DNA from: Octopus sinensis
Taxonomy: Eukaryota
Length of the DNA stretch: 64,000 nt
Assembly (NCBI RefSeq): GCF_006345805.1
Contig: NC_042999.1
Span: 166,036,001 to 166,100,000 of the forward strand
Direction: 5' to 3'
Position numbers and translations under genes: made by a program. The notes below the pieces were generated by a model that searched no databases, was not told the origin of the DNA, and saw only the letters and a list, made by a program, of their open reading frames with translations. Positions 52,201-63,882 of the stretch are shown one piece after another (the stretch's first letter is position 1; the number at the start of each line of letters is the position of its first letter).

Positions 52201-55200
52201 AACAAGTATTGAATAAGGTTGCCAAGAAGGCAAAGAATAATAAGAAATAATCATTTGAGGAACAGTTAAATGTTATTAAGAAAAATCATCATAATTATTT
52301 AGAATTGAATATATACATGAAAATGAAAAGTTAGTTTCAGAACATCTCTAGAGTTGTATACACCCTGAATTGATTACCTGTGTTATTAAAAAAACTTTTG
52401 TATGTAAATCTGAACAATTATCAGACCACATTTCAATGTCTGTGTTTTGTATAAAAAGGAAATTTTTATGTTAATTCAATTAGAGTTGAAGGGAACCAAC
52501 ATTGGTTGGATAGAAAGATCACTGAGAAATCAATAATAAAAATCTAATTTTACACAATTAAAAATATATATATATATATCTATATTGATATGTACCTTAT
52601 AGCAAGTAAGACAAACCCAATTTTCATTTGTATCCCCGCATGTTTCACATGGGGACGATGTATCAAGACCTTGTGGAGGAACACTGGTTACTTTTTCAAG
52701 ATGTGGGCACCAAGTTAAAGGTTGAACACAGAACATGGATTCCTGCTGAAAGGAGAATCATACACAAAGTATCAAAAAAAATATACTTTCTAAAATATCA
52801 CTTGTACATGTAAAAAGCAGAAAGGAATGTAATTCTTATTAATGGCCTGTAGGGACACCACATTTCATTCTGCAACCATAATATACTACAAAGTATATTA
52901 AATGCTTAAGTGTACTAGGATAGGAAACATGGAAACTAAGTCAGCACTGGCTATAATTTCTATAGAAAATATGTAGCAATAACTTTAACGACTGATGTAA
53001 TTCTTATATATAAATTTTAAAGAAAATTTGGGCAGTGTATTCCCAAACTAATATCTAAGCAAGGCATGACTGCTACACAATCTTGGCTCTCCTTCACTGT
53101 AAATATGGGATCTTGTGCTAATGTAAGTGTTCAAATATTGACATGTTCACACAAGTCTATAAAAATTAATAGAACAGTAAATGATTAAGTTGATAGTGTG
53201 CTAGACAAGTCATTTAGCTGTGAGTACTACTTGTGGGTAGAAACCAAAGAGTGAAATAGTTCGTGACAATGAAGAATGACGGCACCATAAAACTGAAGAA
53301 TTTGCAGTTAGCTTGGAGAGGAATGGACAGCCAGGTTGATATACCTTAGATACATTATGTGAAAACAATGCTTCCAATAGCAACTCTATAAACACAATGA
53401 GTTTTAGAACAATCACTACCTGAAGAACAAACTTGCCAAAGTGACTTCTCAAGTGATGAATCAATGCCACAAATGTGAGGGGTTGTGTGAAATATCTTAA
53501 GAAACAGCATGTAAAACCTTTCTCCAATTACTAACAAGTGAAAGATAATAGTGAAGTGTGTGATGGCACAATTTTTGCAGGTTTAAAGTTGATGGCAGTT
53601 TTGCTTGACTGATTTTTCATTAGAGAGATTGCTATAAGAATGCTGCCAAAGATGTCAGTGAAAGAAGTTTTCCATTCCATAACGAGAGTGATATTATGCA
53701 ATGGAATGCTAAAGTATATTATGTAATAGAAGAAATATTTCACTGCTCTGATGAAAATGGTAATATAGCCAAGAGATGGTTAAAATTTATGCTCAAGGAT
53801 TCTTCAGTTGAACAGCTAGTCAGTACACACACACACACAAAAAAATGAATTGGATAAAACGTTATGCTAGAAAAAGCAGTGCATTGAAAACTTGAATTTT
53901 ATATGATAATTACATAAATACTGACAGAAAATAACCTGTACAAAGAACATAGAAAAAGGGGAAAATATGGGAGCTTTTTCTTCTTTATTTTCCCCTGTTC
54001 TTCTTATGTTTTGCACACTACTTGCAATCTTACTAATGCCAGTGGCATGAGGAAAAAGTACTTGATTCATACTGTAAAGGGGTTGGTATTAGGAATGGCA
54101 TCCATCTGTAGAAACGATGCCAATGCAGACACTGGAGCTTGGCACAGCCCTATGGCTTGCCAGACCCTATCAAAATCATCCAACCCATGACAACAAGGAA
54201 AACATGTTAATGATGACAATAATGTATTCGCGCATTAAATTAAAATAAATTAAACTGCAAAAACCAAATAAGAATGACTTGAGCTGAAAGTTTTAAAATA
54301 CCTGAATTGTTATAGATGTGAAATGTCTAAACACATCTTCATAATTAAAATATAACAATAAGATGTAACCTAAAACCTCAGCCGAATGTGTTTGCATAAT
54401 ATATGTTTTGTAGAATGAATCCAGACTGATTATTCCAAGCAGTGTTTAGGAATTGATTTCTGAGATCAGTAAAATGCTCAAGATTTATAAAAGGAACTCA
54501 AGTTGTGTTGGTTGGCTTTTTCTGGAATATTGATTTGAGAATGAATTAACCCAGATTTAAAATTAATTTCTTGAGGATGTTACAAATGGAATTTGAAGTG
54601 AATAGTTAGAACTAGAAATTAAAACTGAAGAGATGAATTTTGATCTCCAGTGCTTGTTTACAAAGGATTGGAAATCTGAGAAAAAGACGTGGGAAAAATT
54701 TTGTAGGAAAGTGAGTAATCGTTTCAATCGATGTTCACATATTAATATTACTTATTGATTCTTTACGTGTGAGATTTAAGCTTGAGACAAGAGACTTCAA
54801 AATATATTAGCATAAAGTTAAAAGTTCAACTTCCAACAGCTGTTGACACTCTGCATAGCACAATAAAGGAATAAGGATCCACAATGGATTTCACTCTCTT
54901 ATATTGTTGCCATTATATATACACACACATAAAATTCCTAGACCACATGTAAAGGAAGGCCATCCAACTGATTACCAATTACTCATTAACAAGGTCTGGC
55001 CATAATGTCTATTTTATTGTTACAACTATGGTCTCTACTCCCCTCAACTACCCAGATGCATTTGACTGCCAACCACGCCAAACCAACAGCATTCTTCTCT
55101 CACTATATTACTGTATCAATCTTATTAAAGCTCAGCAACCACTTTGGCCAAACTTTCCTCCTGAGATCTCAGCCAATTCCCTTCCTGCTTATGTTTTCAG

Positions 55201-57014
55201 ATGCTGACTTGAAAACATTTAATCTGAATATCAAGTAAATCAATTCCACCATTCTCAGGAGGCCAGTGAAAGCTACAGGTACAACCTATTTTTCGTAGGC
55301 ATTATTGTATGGTTAAGAAGCTTGTTTTCTTACCATGTGATCTTGCATGGCATCCTAGGCAAGTGTCTTCTACTATAGTTCCAGGCCAACCAAAATCTTG
55401 TGAGCAGATTTGGTTAACAGGAACTGAAAGAAGCCCATCATGTATATATATATCTATATATATATCTATATATATATATGACGGGCTTCTTTCAGTTTCC
55501 ATCTACCAAATCCACTCACAAGGCTTTGGTCAGCCTGTGGCCATAGTAGAAGACACTTGCCCAAGGTGCCACGCAGTGGGACTGAACCCGGAACCATGTG
55601 GTTGGTAAGCAAGCTTCTTACCACACAGCCACTTCTGCACCTATATAATTATTTTCCGGATCCAGTAGAATCAAGGTACTTTAATAAAAAAAAAGCACCA
55701 AGGTAGAGTTGGGGATAGCATGATATGGAAAAGCATTCTCTATTTACTCTCATCCAGCACTGAGAAGAGGGTCAATACATAATATAGATACATTTGTATG
55801 AAAAACCATGAATGTTAAATTTTATTTTTAATTCATGTGAAGAAAATGTTTTTTTTACATGATGTAATTCATTTGTTCATCAATAAAAAACATACGAAAC
55901 TGCTATTGTGAGCTTCAACCCATTTGTGTTATTATATATATAAAACTGTAGTTGTGTGAGTGTCTGTCCCCTTCGATTTAGATTCCTAACTCCTCCCACA
56001 TTTTGCGGTGCAGTTTAACCAAATTCGGGTATCTTATAGTCGTGATTAATATCGAGCCCGTCTGGCTATTAGCGCACGTCAACGATGAGTCTACGATTTT
56101 AAAAATAATTTAACATCATTTTTTATTCCATTTTAATGCATAATTTTTCGTGTGTCGATGGCGGCGGAGTTGGCGTCCATGGTCACAGCTGCACCTGTTT
56201 GCTTCTCCCCCTTCTTCCCTCCCTCGTGAAGCTGTGGGGAAGGGAGTGTAAAGAAATCAACGTCGTAATGCGTTGTCAAGGAGACCAGCGTTCTTTTAGA
56301 ACAACGACTTCATGGCTTGAAGACACCAAAACAGAAATGGCTAAGAAAGCCCGAATTGGCATCTATAAGGGAAGTAACTCTCTAAAAATGCTTATATAGT
56401 TATTTCCCTTACAAACCCGAGCAACGCCGGGCGATACTGCTAGTTATATATATGTGTGTGTGTTTGTGTGTACCCTTGTCTAGACATCATGTAATGGTTA
56501 AAAATGAATATCACTATCATACCAGCAAAGCTGTGCATTTTCAGTCTTTCACACACACACAAAAAAAAAAAGGAACTGGCCATAGAGAAATATTACCTCC
56601 TTATTAGGAAACAGGTGAGGGTTGGCAACAGGAAGGGCATCTGACCCTCGAAAATGTGTGTCAATGTATTTCATCTAACCTTTGCAAGTATGGAAAGTGG
56701 ACATTAAATGATAATGATGATGATGTAATACATTACACGTTGCCATTCTGAAACTTAAAACATCAATTAAAATCATTATGTATATTTATCAAATGGCAAC
56801 AGTTGTTCATGATGCAGAAAAATCAATAAATGTCAAAAGCTAAGAGTTTAAGGTAGATGTCAAGTTGTTAAGGTTACCTTTTAGCAAATGAGAAAAAGAG
56901 GTTTCAAATAAATTTTCAATGAAATGTTTATAGGCATACCTTTGACATAAGGTCCATTAAATATTTATCACGCTTATCAGGTGATTTTCCACCACTGGCA
57001 CCAGCTTCAGTCAT
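45014..57014 (-). CDS. HDAC6-like: HDAC6-type ZnF-UBP (BUZ) ubiquitin-binding domain protein, 135 aa, no deacetylase domain within the window
   Basis: complement(join(45014..45064,51757..51888,52596..52745,56940..57014)), all phase-0 GT-AG introns. MTEAGASGGKSPDKRDKYLMDLMSKQESMFCVQPLTWCPHLEKVTSVPPQGLDTSSPCETCGDTNENWVCLTCYKVFCSRYVQEHMVKHHEIEPDHYIVLSYADLSVWCYGCNSYVEHELIQNAKKTACKHKFGE aligns by eye with the HDAC6 C-terminal domain. Confidence 0.85.
46483..46875 (+). mobile_element. 5'-truncated RTE-type LINE, same family as 14195-14608
   Basis: ORF 46520-46867, (TGA)n tail, 14-bp TSD ATGGTGTATATATA at 46469-46482 and 46876-46889. Confidence 0.9.
48375..49270. repeat. About 900-bp compound microsatellite: ATAAAT(AC)n units grading into (AT)n
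   Basis: Directly visible. Source of the spurious CV/VC-rich ORFs. Confidence 0.95.
51757..51888 (-). CDS. HDAC6-like: ZnF-UBP gene exon (VFCSRYVQEHMVKHH...WCYGCNSYVEHE)
   Basis: TTTCACAG| acceptor, 132 nt open, donor GAG|GTAAGT. Confidence 0.92.
52596..52745 (-). CDS. HDAC6-like: ZnF-UBP gene exon (QESMFCVQPLTWCPH...ENWVCLTCYK)
   Basis: Acceptor TTCTCCTTTCAG|CAG|GAA (NAGNAG), 150 nt, donor AAG|GTACAT. Confidence 0.92.
55303..55645. mobile_element. Two SINE A heads in inverted orientation around a TA tract
   Basis: + head at about 55303-55440, TA-rich spacer at 55441-55478, - head at 55479-55645. Confidence 0.85.
55932..56443 (+). mobile_element. Non-autonomous Helitron
   Basis: 5' TTATATATATAAAACTG..TGTCTGTC. 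3' hairpin CCCG-AGCAACGC-CGGG (56416-56431) followed by CTAG|T at 56440-56444. Confidence 0.8.
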
Positions 57015-57021
57015 CTTGAGA
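56940..57021 (-). CDS. HDAC6-like: ZnF-UBP gene, probable start-codon exon (ATG at 57014)
   Basis: Acceptor TTTTTTTTCATTTGTCAG| at 57022, TCTCAAG-ATG, 25 codons, donor AAG|GTATGC, in phase with the 52745 acceptor. Confidence 0.75.
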
Positions 57022-57482
57022 CTGACAAATGAAAAAAAAAAGAGGATAGACTGTTATAATGAATTTATTGTACACAGTGCTCAAGTCCACTACAACTCAA
57101 CAGAAAAAGTAAGCAAAACTACATGAACAGTACATAGAATATACACAGGAAGTGAGCAGTGAATAAGTCTTTAAAAAAAAAAAAAAAAAAAAAACAGAGG
57201 TGGGAGCATCAGGTGCACTGTTGGCAAATTTCAGGAAGCATGGAAGTTTTGAAGGATGTAGTGTCTTGACAGCTAATAACTGAAGCAGATAGTTTATTCC
57301 ATGGTTCAGCAATTCTGACTGAAATATATATAAATGTCTCCCCAGTTTCAAGAAGCTTTTAAAGGTTAGTGCTAAAAATCTCAAATGGATGAGAGGTAAA
57401 TCTTCTAGATAGTATGTCAGTGTATGGCTAAAAAACAAGATGGTCATGGCTAGAACGCCTTTGATCATAGGTTTGCTTAAAA

Positions 57483-58032
57483 CCCTTTAGCATTCAGATT
57501 ACTCTGTTAAACGTAATGTTTGTTTATTCACCTTGTTTAGAAGTTGAGTAAAAGGTAAAGACCCCCTTCAGTCATTAACGACCATGGGATTGCACCTAGA
57601 TGTTTACCCTCCCAAGCACAAGTCCAGGCAAGTAGTTTTATGGAAGACCAGCAGTCACCCATGCATACCAGCCTCCCCTCTCCATGCCAATGTTATCCAA
57701 GGGAAAGGGCAATGCTGATACAGTTTGGCACCAGTAATGTCACAACTCATTTCTACAGCTGAGTGAACGGGAACAATGTGAAGTAAAGTGTCTTGTTCAA
57801 GAACGCAACACACAGCCTGGTTTGGGATTCAAACTCACTACCCCATGATTGTAATCCATTGCTCTAACCATTGAGCCATTTACCTTAGAATTATTCTTGC
57901 ATTATCTTATAGCTTTGAGGTTTCAATATAATTATTTTTTTTATAATGACATTTTAGGGAAGGTGTAAGAGGCCAAATCTGGCCGGTTAGAACATACAAG
58001 AGACAGAATACTTGGACCTGATATGGCTGGTT
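57483..58032 (-). mobile_element. piggyBac-type MITE copy interrupted by a tRNA-derived SINE (about 57545-57880)
   Basis: Right end of the MITE at 57483-57545 and left part at about 57880-58032 match the 6445-6663 family. The SINE has a - strand head GGCTCAATGGTTAGAGC...GAGTTTGAATCCC. Confidence 0.65.
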
Positions 58033-58052
58033 TATATATATATATATATATA

Positions 58053-58291
58053 CTTTATTTAAAGCAGGAGAAAATTCAACAAAACCTGTTACTCTCAGTT
58101 TCCCATTGCCATTCATCGGACAGTTTTTGCTAGAAAAAACTAGCAAAAACTGTCCGATGAACGGCAACGGGAAACTCAGAGTAACAGGTTTTGTTGAATT
58201 TTCTGCTGCTTTAAATAAAGCATATTACTCTACCACTGGTATTTGAGTACTCTTTTTTCCACCTTGTTTCACATTTATGTGTTTACTCCGG
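58053..58291. mobile_element. Palindromic Penelope-type terminal repeat with hammerhead-ribozyme-like motifs
   Basis: 81-bp arms at 58053-58133 and 58140-58220 (4 mismatches, A6 loop), a unique tail to 58291, (TA)n on both sides. + strand 58150-58187 reads CTGT-CCGATGA-ACGGCAACGG-GAA-ACTC-A-GAGT-A-ACAG. Confidence 0.6.
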
Positions 58292-59464
58292 TATATATAT
58301 ATATATATATATAGAGTATGACATGCCACAGTTAATAAGAATGAGCCTCAACTCAATGACTCAGATATGAGAAATGCTAGACTGGAATGCTTTACTGCTC
58401 TAGTCACTATGAAGAAGCTTCTGGATACTAGGATACTAGTAACAAACAAAATTCAGAACAAACACCAAATTTCTTTTTCTGATGAAAAGTCTGTAATAGT
58501 GAAACTCCAAGAATGTAAAGAAATTAAGAATTCTAGTAAAATAAAATCTATGATGATTTTATCAGCTTCTGTCTATCAAATCCACGAACAAGGCTTTGGC
58601 TGACCCAAGGTTGTAGTAGTAAACACTTGCCTGAGGTGCCACACAGTGGGATTGAACCCAGAATCATGTGGTTGGGAAGCAAACTTCGTACCACATAGCC
58701 ACTCCTGTGCCTATACTTGAGTTTTGTATTTTTGTAACATCATCATTTTTTCCCTTTAGCTCAATGTAGTTTTAATATTATGTACTTGAGGTCAGGGATG
58801 CTTTATGAACATATTGAACAAGATAACCTTACGACCATATCTATGTAAGCACAGGAACAGCTGTGTGATAAAGAAGTTCATTTTTCAACCACATGGTTTT
58901 GGGTTCAGTTCCATGGCATAGTACTCCAAGTGTTTTCTACCACTGATCTGGGCAAACCAAACCCTTGTGAATGGATTTGGTTGAAAGAAATTGAAAGAAG
59001 CCCATTGTATATAAATATATGTGTTACTATCATACAAGCAGTGTTCTTTACCAATTTTCCATGAAAACATGTCCAGCGACAGGGACATATAGCCTTACTT
59101 GGAAACAGGTGAAGGTTGGCAACAAGCTGGAGAAAATCTGTGACAACAAATTCTGCCTGCACCATACATGCATGGAAGAGTGGACATTAAAATAATGATG
59201 TTGAGATATATATATATATATCTTTTACTCATTTCAGTCATTAGACTGTGGCCAAGCAGGGGCATCGCTTTCAAGAAGTTTTAATTAAATGAATTGACCC
59301 TAGTGCTTTTTTTTTTTTAAAGCATGGGACTCATTCTATTGGTCTCTTTCACTGAACTGCTAAGTTATAGGGGATGTAAACATACTAACATCAGTTGTCA
59401 AGTGGTGGTGGTGGTGGTGGGGTGGACACAGACACACATAAGTTTCTTTCAGTTTCTGTGAATA

Positions 59465-59650
59465 TTTTTTAACCTGGTAAGAAGAATCTGAGAACTGTAT
59501 ACAATTCTGAAACCCAGGAAAAACAAATTCAACAACTTAAAAGTATATTCCTCAAAAGACAATACCCAGTAACTTTAATCAATAATAGAATAGAATATGC
59601 AAAAACAATAGACATCCAAAAATTACAAAACTCAAGCAACATCTTCTGAT
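59465..59650 (+). mobile_element. Penelope-like element RT C-terminal fragment
   Basis: NLVRRI...NSETQEKQIQQLKSIFLKRQYPVTLINNRIEYAKTIDIQKL resembles the PLE thumb/linker region. Confidence 0.55.
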
Positions 59651-59658
59651 ACACTTAA

Positions 59659-59879
59659 CCCATTAGCATCTAAACTAGCTGTATTTGGCTCAATTATTCT
59701 AACTGTTTTATGTTTAAAGCAGTCAGATCTGGCTTCTCATGCTTACCTACAATGTCATTCTAAAAATAAACAATCATGTTTCTGAAATTTCAAAGCTACA
59801 AGATAATGCAGGATTAATTCAAAACAATGTGTGAATAACTAAACATTATATTTTACAGAGTAATCTGAATGCTAAAGGG
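59659..59879. mobile_element. piggyBac-type MITE (221 bp)
   Basis: TTAA|CCCATTAGCAT...ATGCTAAAGGG|TTAA, internally homologous to 6445-6663. Confidence 0.85.
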
Positions 59880-60175
59880 TTAATGCTTTATTGTATATAG
59901 CAGGACACAATCCAAGAGAAGAAATGTAAAAGCAAGTGATGCTAAAAAGCATTCAACTGACTGGAACATCAGAAAAACAAGTAATGTCTTAAGGGAATCA
60001 ACCAGTCAGAATGGTAGACTACTGTCAGATAAAAACAGTTGACTAGGATATTTGATAGACAAATGACATCCATTGACTGTCAACCAACCAAAGACTGGCC
60101 AATTGCCAGATAATAACAAATGATCAAAGTTGCTCTCTGACAGATTTATAGTTGAGCCTGTGACATTGGAGAACT

Positions 60176-60425
60176 CTGTGGAGGCACATGGCTTAGTGGT
60201 TAGGGTGTTGGATTCATGATCTCAAGATTGTGGTTTCGATCCCTGCACTGTTCAACACATTGTGTTCTTAAGTAAAACACTTCATTTCATGTTGCTTCAG
60301 TCCACTCAGCTGGCAAAAATGAGTAACACTGCAATGGACTGGCATCCTGTCCAGGTGGGGAATTTATACGTCATGAAACCGGCCCTTATGAGTCAGCATG
60401 ACTTGAAGAGGTAACTTTACCTTTT
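60176..60425 (+). mobile_element. tRNA-derived SINE with a V-SINE-like central domain
   Basis: Head GTGGAGGCACATGGCTTAGTGGTTAGG. Central GCAATGGACTGGCATCCTGTCCAGG resembles the conserved V domain. Confidence 0.65.
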
Positions 60426-60993
60426 ATCTTTTAGTGGAAACCTCCACTGTGCTCAGCCCCTGGACCATATCCTTGCTCACTGCTATTGTGGTGGAGATGG
60501 TTGTCAACAAGCGCAAGCCCAGTGGGTCAACAAGCGCAAGCCCAGTGAGTCAAAGTGGCCTGTGAAGTACATCTTCATTACCATCCTCTGGGGAAAAGCC
60601 TTTTCCATTTTGTCTGTTGGGATCATGAGACAATCTGAATTACAGTAAATCAAGAGAATCTAATACCAACTATAATGGATAGCATTAATTCCTATGAGAA
60701 ATATAAAGTGATCAGAATGTATGATAAATAAATGACATCTCGAGGTAGTCATCCAACAAGAATGCTAGGCCACAAGCAGATAAAAGCAAGTGATGTTTTT
60801 GAGTAAGGACTTGTACTTATGTCTCAAAATGTTCAAATACAAGACAATATTAGCTTGAAATATAGTTCAAATTCCACATTTAAACTAGTAAAGAAAACAA
60901 CAAACAATTCTACATCACACAACAAGACAGAGGTTGTAAAAAATATTTTTCATGCATTTGATAATATTCATATCTCCTTGAGGGTAAGTCAAA

Positions 60994-61830
60994 AATTATC
61001 TGCACTATTGTCATAACATACCTTTATAATTGACACACTGCCTTCTGCGCATGCATGTTATAGTTGGTACTATTGTGGTCACGTGATTGAAGTTTGAGCC
61101 TATGGTGCCATTTTTTGTTCTGGCTTTACAGTGTAAGCATGGCTGCTCCATTAGCAATGTGCAACAAAAAAAGAACAAAGAGTAGCAATCTGATTTCTCT
61201 GGTCAAAAGGTGTGTCAGGTGTTGAAAGTCATTGGAGGCGTTTAGCACAATATGGGGACAGTGCACTACTACTATGAGTGAATCAAGAAGTTTAAAAGTG
61301 GCCAGACAAGTGTGATGCACGAAGAGGGAGCAGGACACCCATCAACCTCCATCACTGATGAGAAAATTCAGCAAGCTCAAGAGATGGTAATGGTAAACCA
61401 TTTCACCATTACCATCTCTCAGATCACTGCTTTTTGTTCTTCTTTGGTGCACACTGCTAGTGAAGCGGCCATTCTTATACTGTAAAGCCAGAAAGAAAAA
61501 TAGTGAGATCTGGCTCAAACTTCAATCACGTGACCACAATAGTTCCAACCATGAGCACACCTGTGCAGAAGGCAGTGCGACAATAATAAAGGTATGTTAT
61601 GGTGAAAGTGCAGATAATTTATTGCAATGAAACTTATTCATCATCATCATCGTTTAATGTTCATTTTCCATGCTGGCATGGGTTGGTCAGTTTGACTGGG
61701 GTCTAGGAAGCCAGGAGGCTGCACCAGGCTCCAGTCTGATCTGGCAGTGTTTCCAGCTGCAGAAACACTTTCACCATAACAAATCTTTATTATTGTCACA
61801 CTGCCTGAACTTTCAAACTTCAATCATGTA
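60994..61830. mobile_element. mariner left ends in fold-back arrangement with transposase N-terminus
   Basis: Inverted arms at 60994-61185 and 61420-61619. ATG 61139 gives MAAPLAMCNKKEQRVAI.FLWSKGVSG..(mariner HTH). Third end fragment at 61765-61830. Confidence 0.7.
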
Positions 61831-62439
61831 CTAAGGCTCAGCAAATTGCAGATTTCTTTGACATCGTGATGCAGAAGTGAGCCTTGCAGTGATTTGTCTA
61901 GAGAAGTGGTAGTTGTGGGTGATTTATTGTGGTTTTTATAGGCCTATAAAAACCACAATAGAGTAGGTTCATCTTCAACATGTTTGATTGGCCAAAATAT
62001 AACATCAATTTAAATTAATAGAACATCATGCTGATTACGTATTTATTGCTATGTTAAATATATTTACAAAAGGATGCAATATATTTTGTAGTCAATTATC
62101 ATTTTCATTGAAGTCTAGTTTCTGTGTGTTTTTCCTTGCTAGGCAACATTACAATGTGTGTGTGTGTGTGCAGCAGGAGCAATCAGGTGCCTATTTACAC
62201 AGGTATGGTAGTCAATACTGCTACATATATATAATAATAATAGCTTGCATTTTTATGCTGAGTAAGATTGTTTGATATCGGATTTGGTTGAATAAAGCTC
62301 TGGCTTTAACAGTATATCAGTTCAACATTTTCTTTATTTGCTGAGTTTAGAAGAAGGCATAGGGCCCATGACCTTACAAGCGTTCTGAGACCAGAGAGAC
62401 TGATGTCATTAATGTTTCGTTTAAATGGTGTAAGGTTAA

Positions 62440-63010
62440 CACCTGCAGGAAAGACATGAAAGGGGATGAGATTTCAGAAGGCAATGGTTTAAAGGTTTAG
62501 TATAGGGGTTAGCATGTCCACTCCAAGGGTGAAGAAAGGTGGAAAGAAAAGTGGGATGGGGTGCCTGAGTGTGGATGTAGAAGATCTGTTGGATCTGCAG
62601 GGCAGAAGATAGGAAAGACAAAAAGGGGAGAGAAGGGGAGGGGAGACAGCACACCAGCAGGTCTGTAGTCCAGAGACTGGATGTGTCCTTTAGAGATGTA
62701 GCACTGATCTGTCGAGAGGTCTTTCTCTGGATGCAATTCAGACTGTAATGAGCATAGCAGCAGCACCATTCGAGATATGGGAGCAGTAAACTACTGTGGA
62801 ATTCCGTTGAGGCCTGCAGAGCATTAGCAGTAGTTAGGGGTTGAAATATCCTCTGACTTTAAAGAGAAGGGCTAGTCTTTGGGATGTGGTCTTAACTATG
62901 CCAAGGGTATGCTTTCGTCAGGAGAGATCTTTGGAGATAGTGAGGTGTGGCATTTGGAACGATGGTGAAAGCTTGAGTGCCGTTTAGAGATTAAGTGAGA
63001 GTGGGTGTGG
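62440..63010 (-). mobile_element. CR1/L2-type LINE 3' fragment
   Basis: IVKTTSQRLALLFKVRGYF...YCSHI.NGAAA...CIQRK corresponds to the conserved RT C-terminal region. Confidence 0.7.
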
Positions 63011-63023
63011 TGCAGTGGTGTTT

Positions 63024-63400
63024 TGGAGATATCTTTTATCTTTCACTTGTTTCAGTCATTTGACTGCGGCCATGCGGGGGCACTGCCTTGGTTTTAATCG
63101 AACAAATTACCCCCAGGACTTTTTTTAAGCGTGGGACTTATTCTAGGTCTCTTTTGACGAACAGATAAGTTACGGGGACACACCAGAACCGGCTGTTGAG
63201 CGGTGGTGGGGGACTAACACATACACAAAGATGGATATATACATACATATATGACGGGCTTCTTTCCTTTTCCGTCTATCAAATTCATTCATATAGCTTT
63301 GGTCGACCTGAGGCTATAGCAGAAGGCACTTGTCGAAGGTGCGAGGCAGAATAAACTTGGAACCATCTGGTTGGAAAGCAAGCGTATTACCACGCAACCA
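63024..63400 (-). mobile_element. SINE family A
   Basis: Reverse-complement tail and head with a TA linker. Confidence 0.8.
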
Positions 63401-63882
63401 CGCAAGCGCCTTAAAAGAGACAAATCTATATCTCTGAAAAATAAAAGTGTACCGTTTTTAAGTACATACAACGAAAGATTACCTTAATGTATATATACGA
63501 CACAGTTCTGAAATTGAAATGTGTATATGTTTCCTAAACCAAAGAAAGTAAAGAGGATTTTAGTTTTTTTAAACTCTAAGTCACTACTGAACAAGCAAAC
63601 CACTTCGATATTTTGGAGGTATGGAGAACTACATGATCTAAAGCGCTCTTTCCTTATTTAAGATAGCAAGGTGTTATTTGCGGGAGATTTCATTGGTATG
63701 TCTAGCAAAGCAAGCAAGTGCACAGAGACTCCTTTGTTCGTAGTTTTATACAAATGTGAAACTCGAGGTAATGCACAGCAAAAATTAAAAAAAAAAAAAG
63801 GAACTGTGACATCAATCCCCAAAGTCAATGAATATCTATAAAACTGTATTAAAATAACTGAGTAAAATATCCAGTTACTCAC

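Noticed and set aside
53502-53515. 14-nt inverted match (AAACAGCATGTAAA) to the last ZnF-UBP exon at 45032-45045
   Set aside because: Too short and AT-rich, with no flanking similarity, so it is compatible with chance.
53200-53760. Possible decayed MULE or other transposase on the + strand (EEF.LAW.., NNHYLKNKL)
   Set aside because: The motifs need several assumed frameshifts and no TIR was found, so it cannot be supported without an HMM search.
57030-63880. Search for HDAC6 catalytic-domain exons
   Set aside because: No open exon with deacetylase motifs (e.g. HHA, GFC, DxDxHHGNG) was found by eye. Small diverged exons could have been missed.
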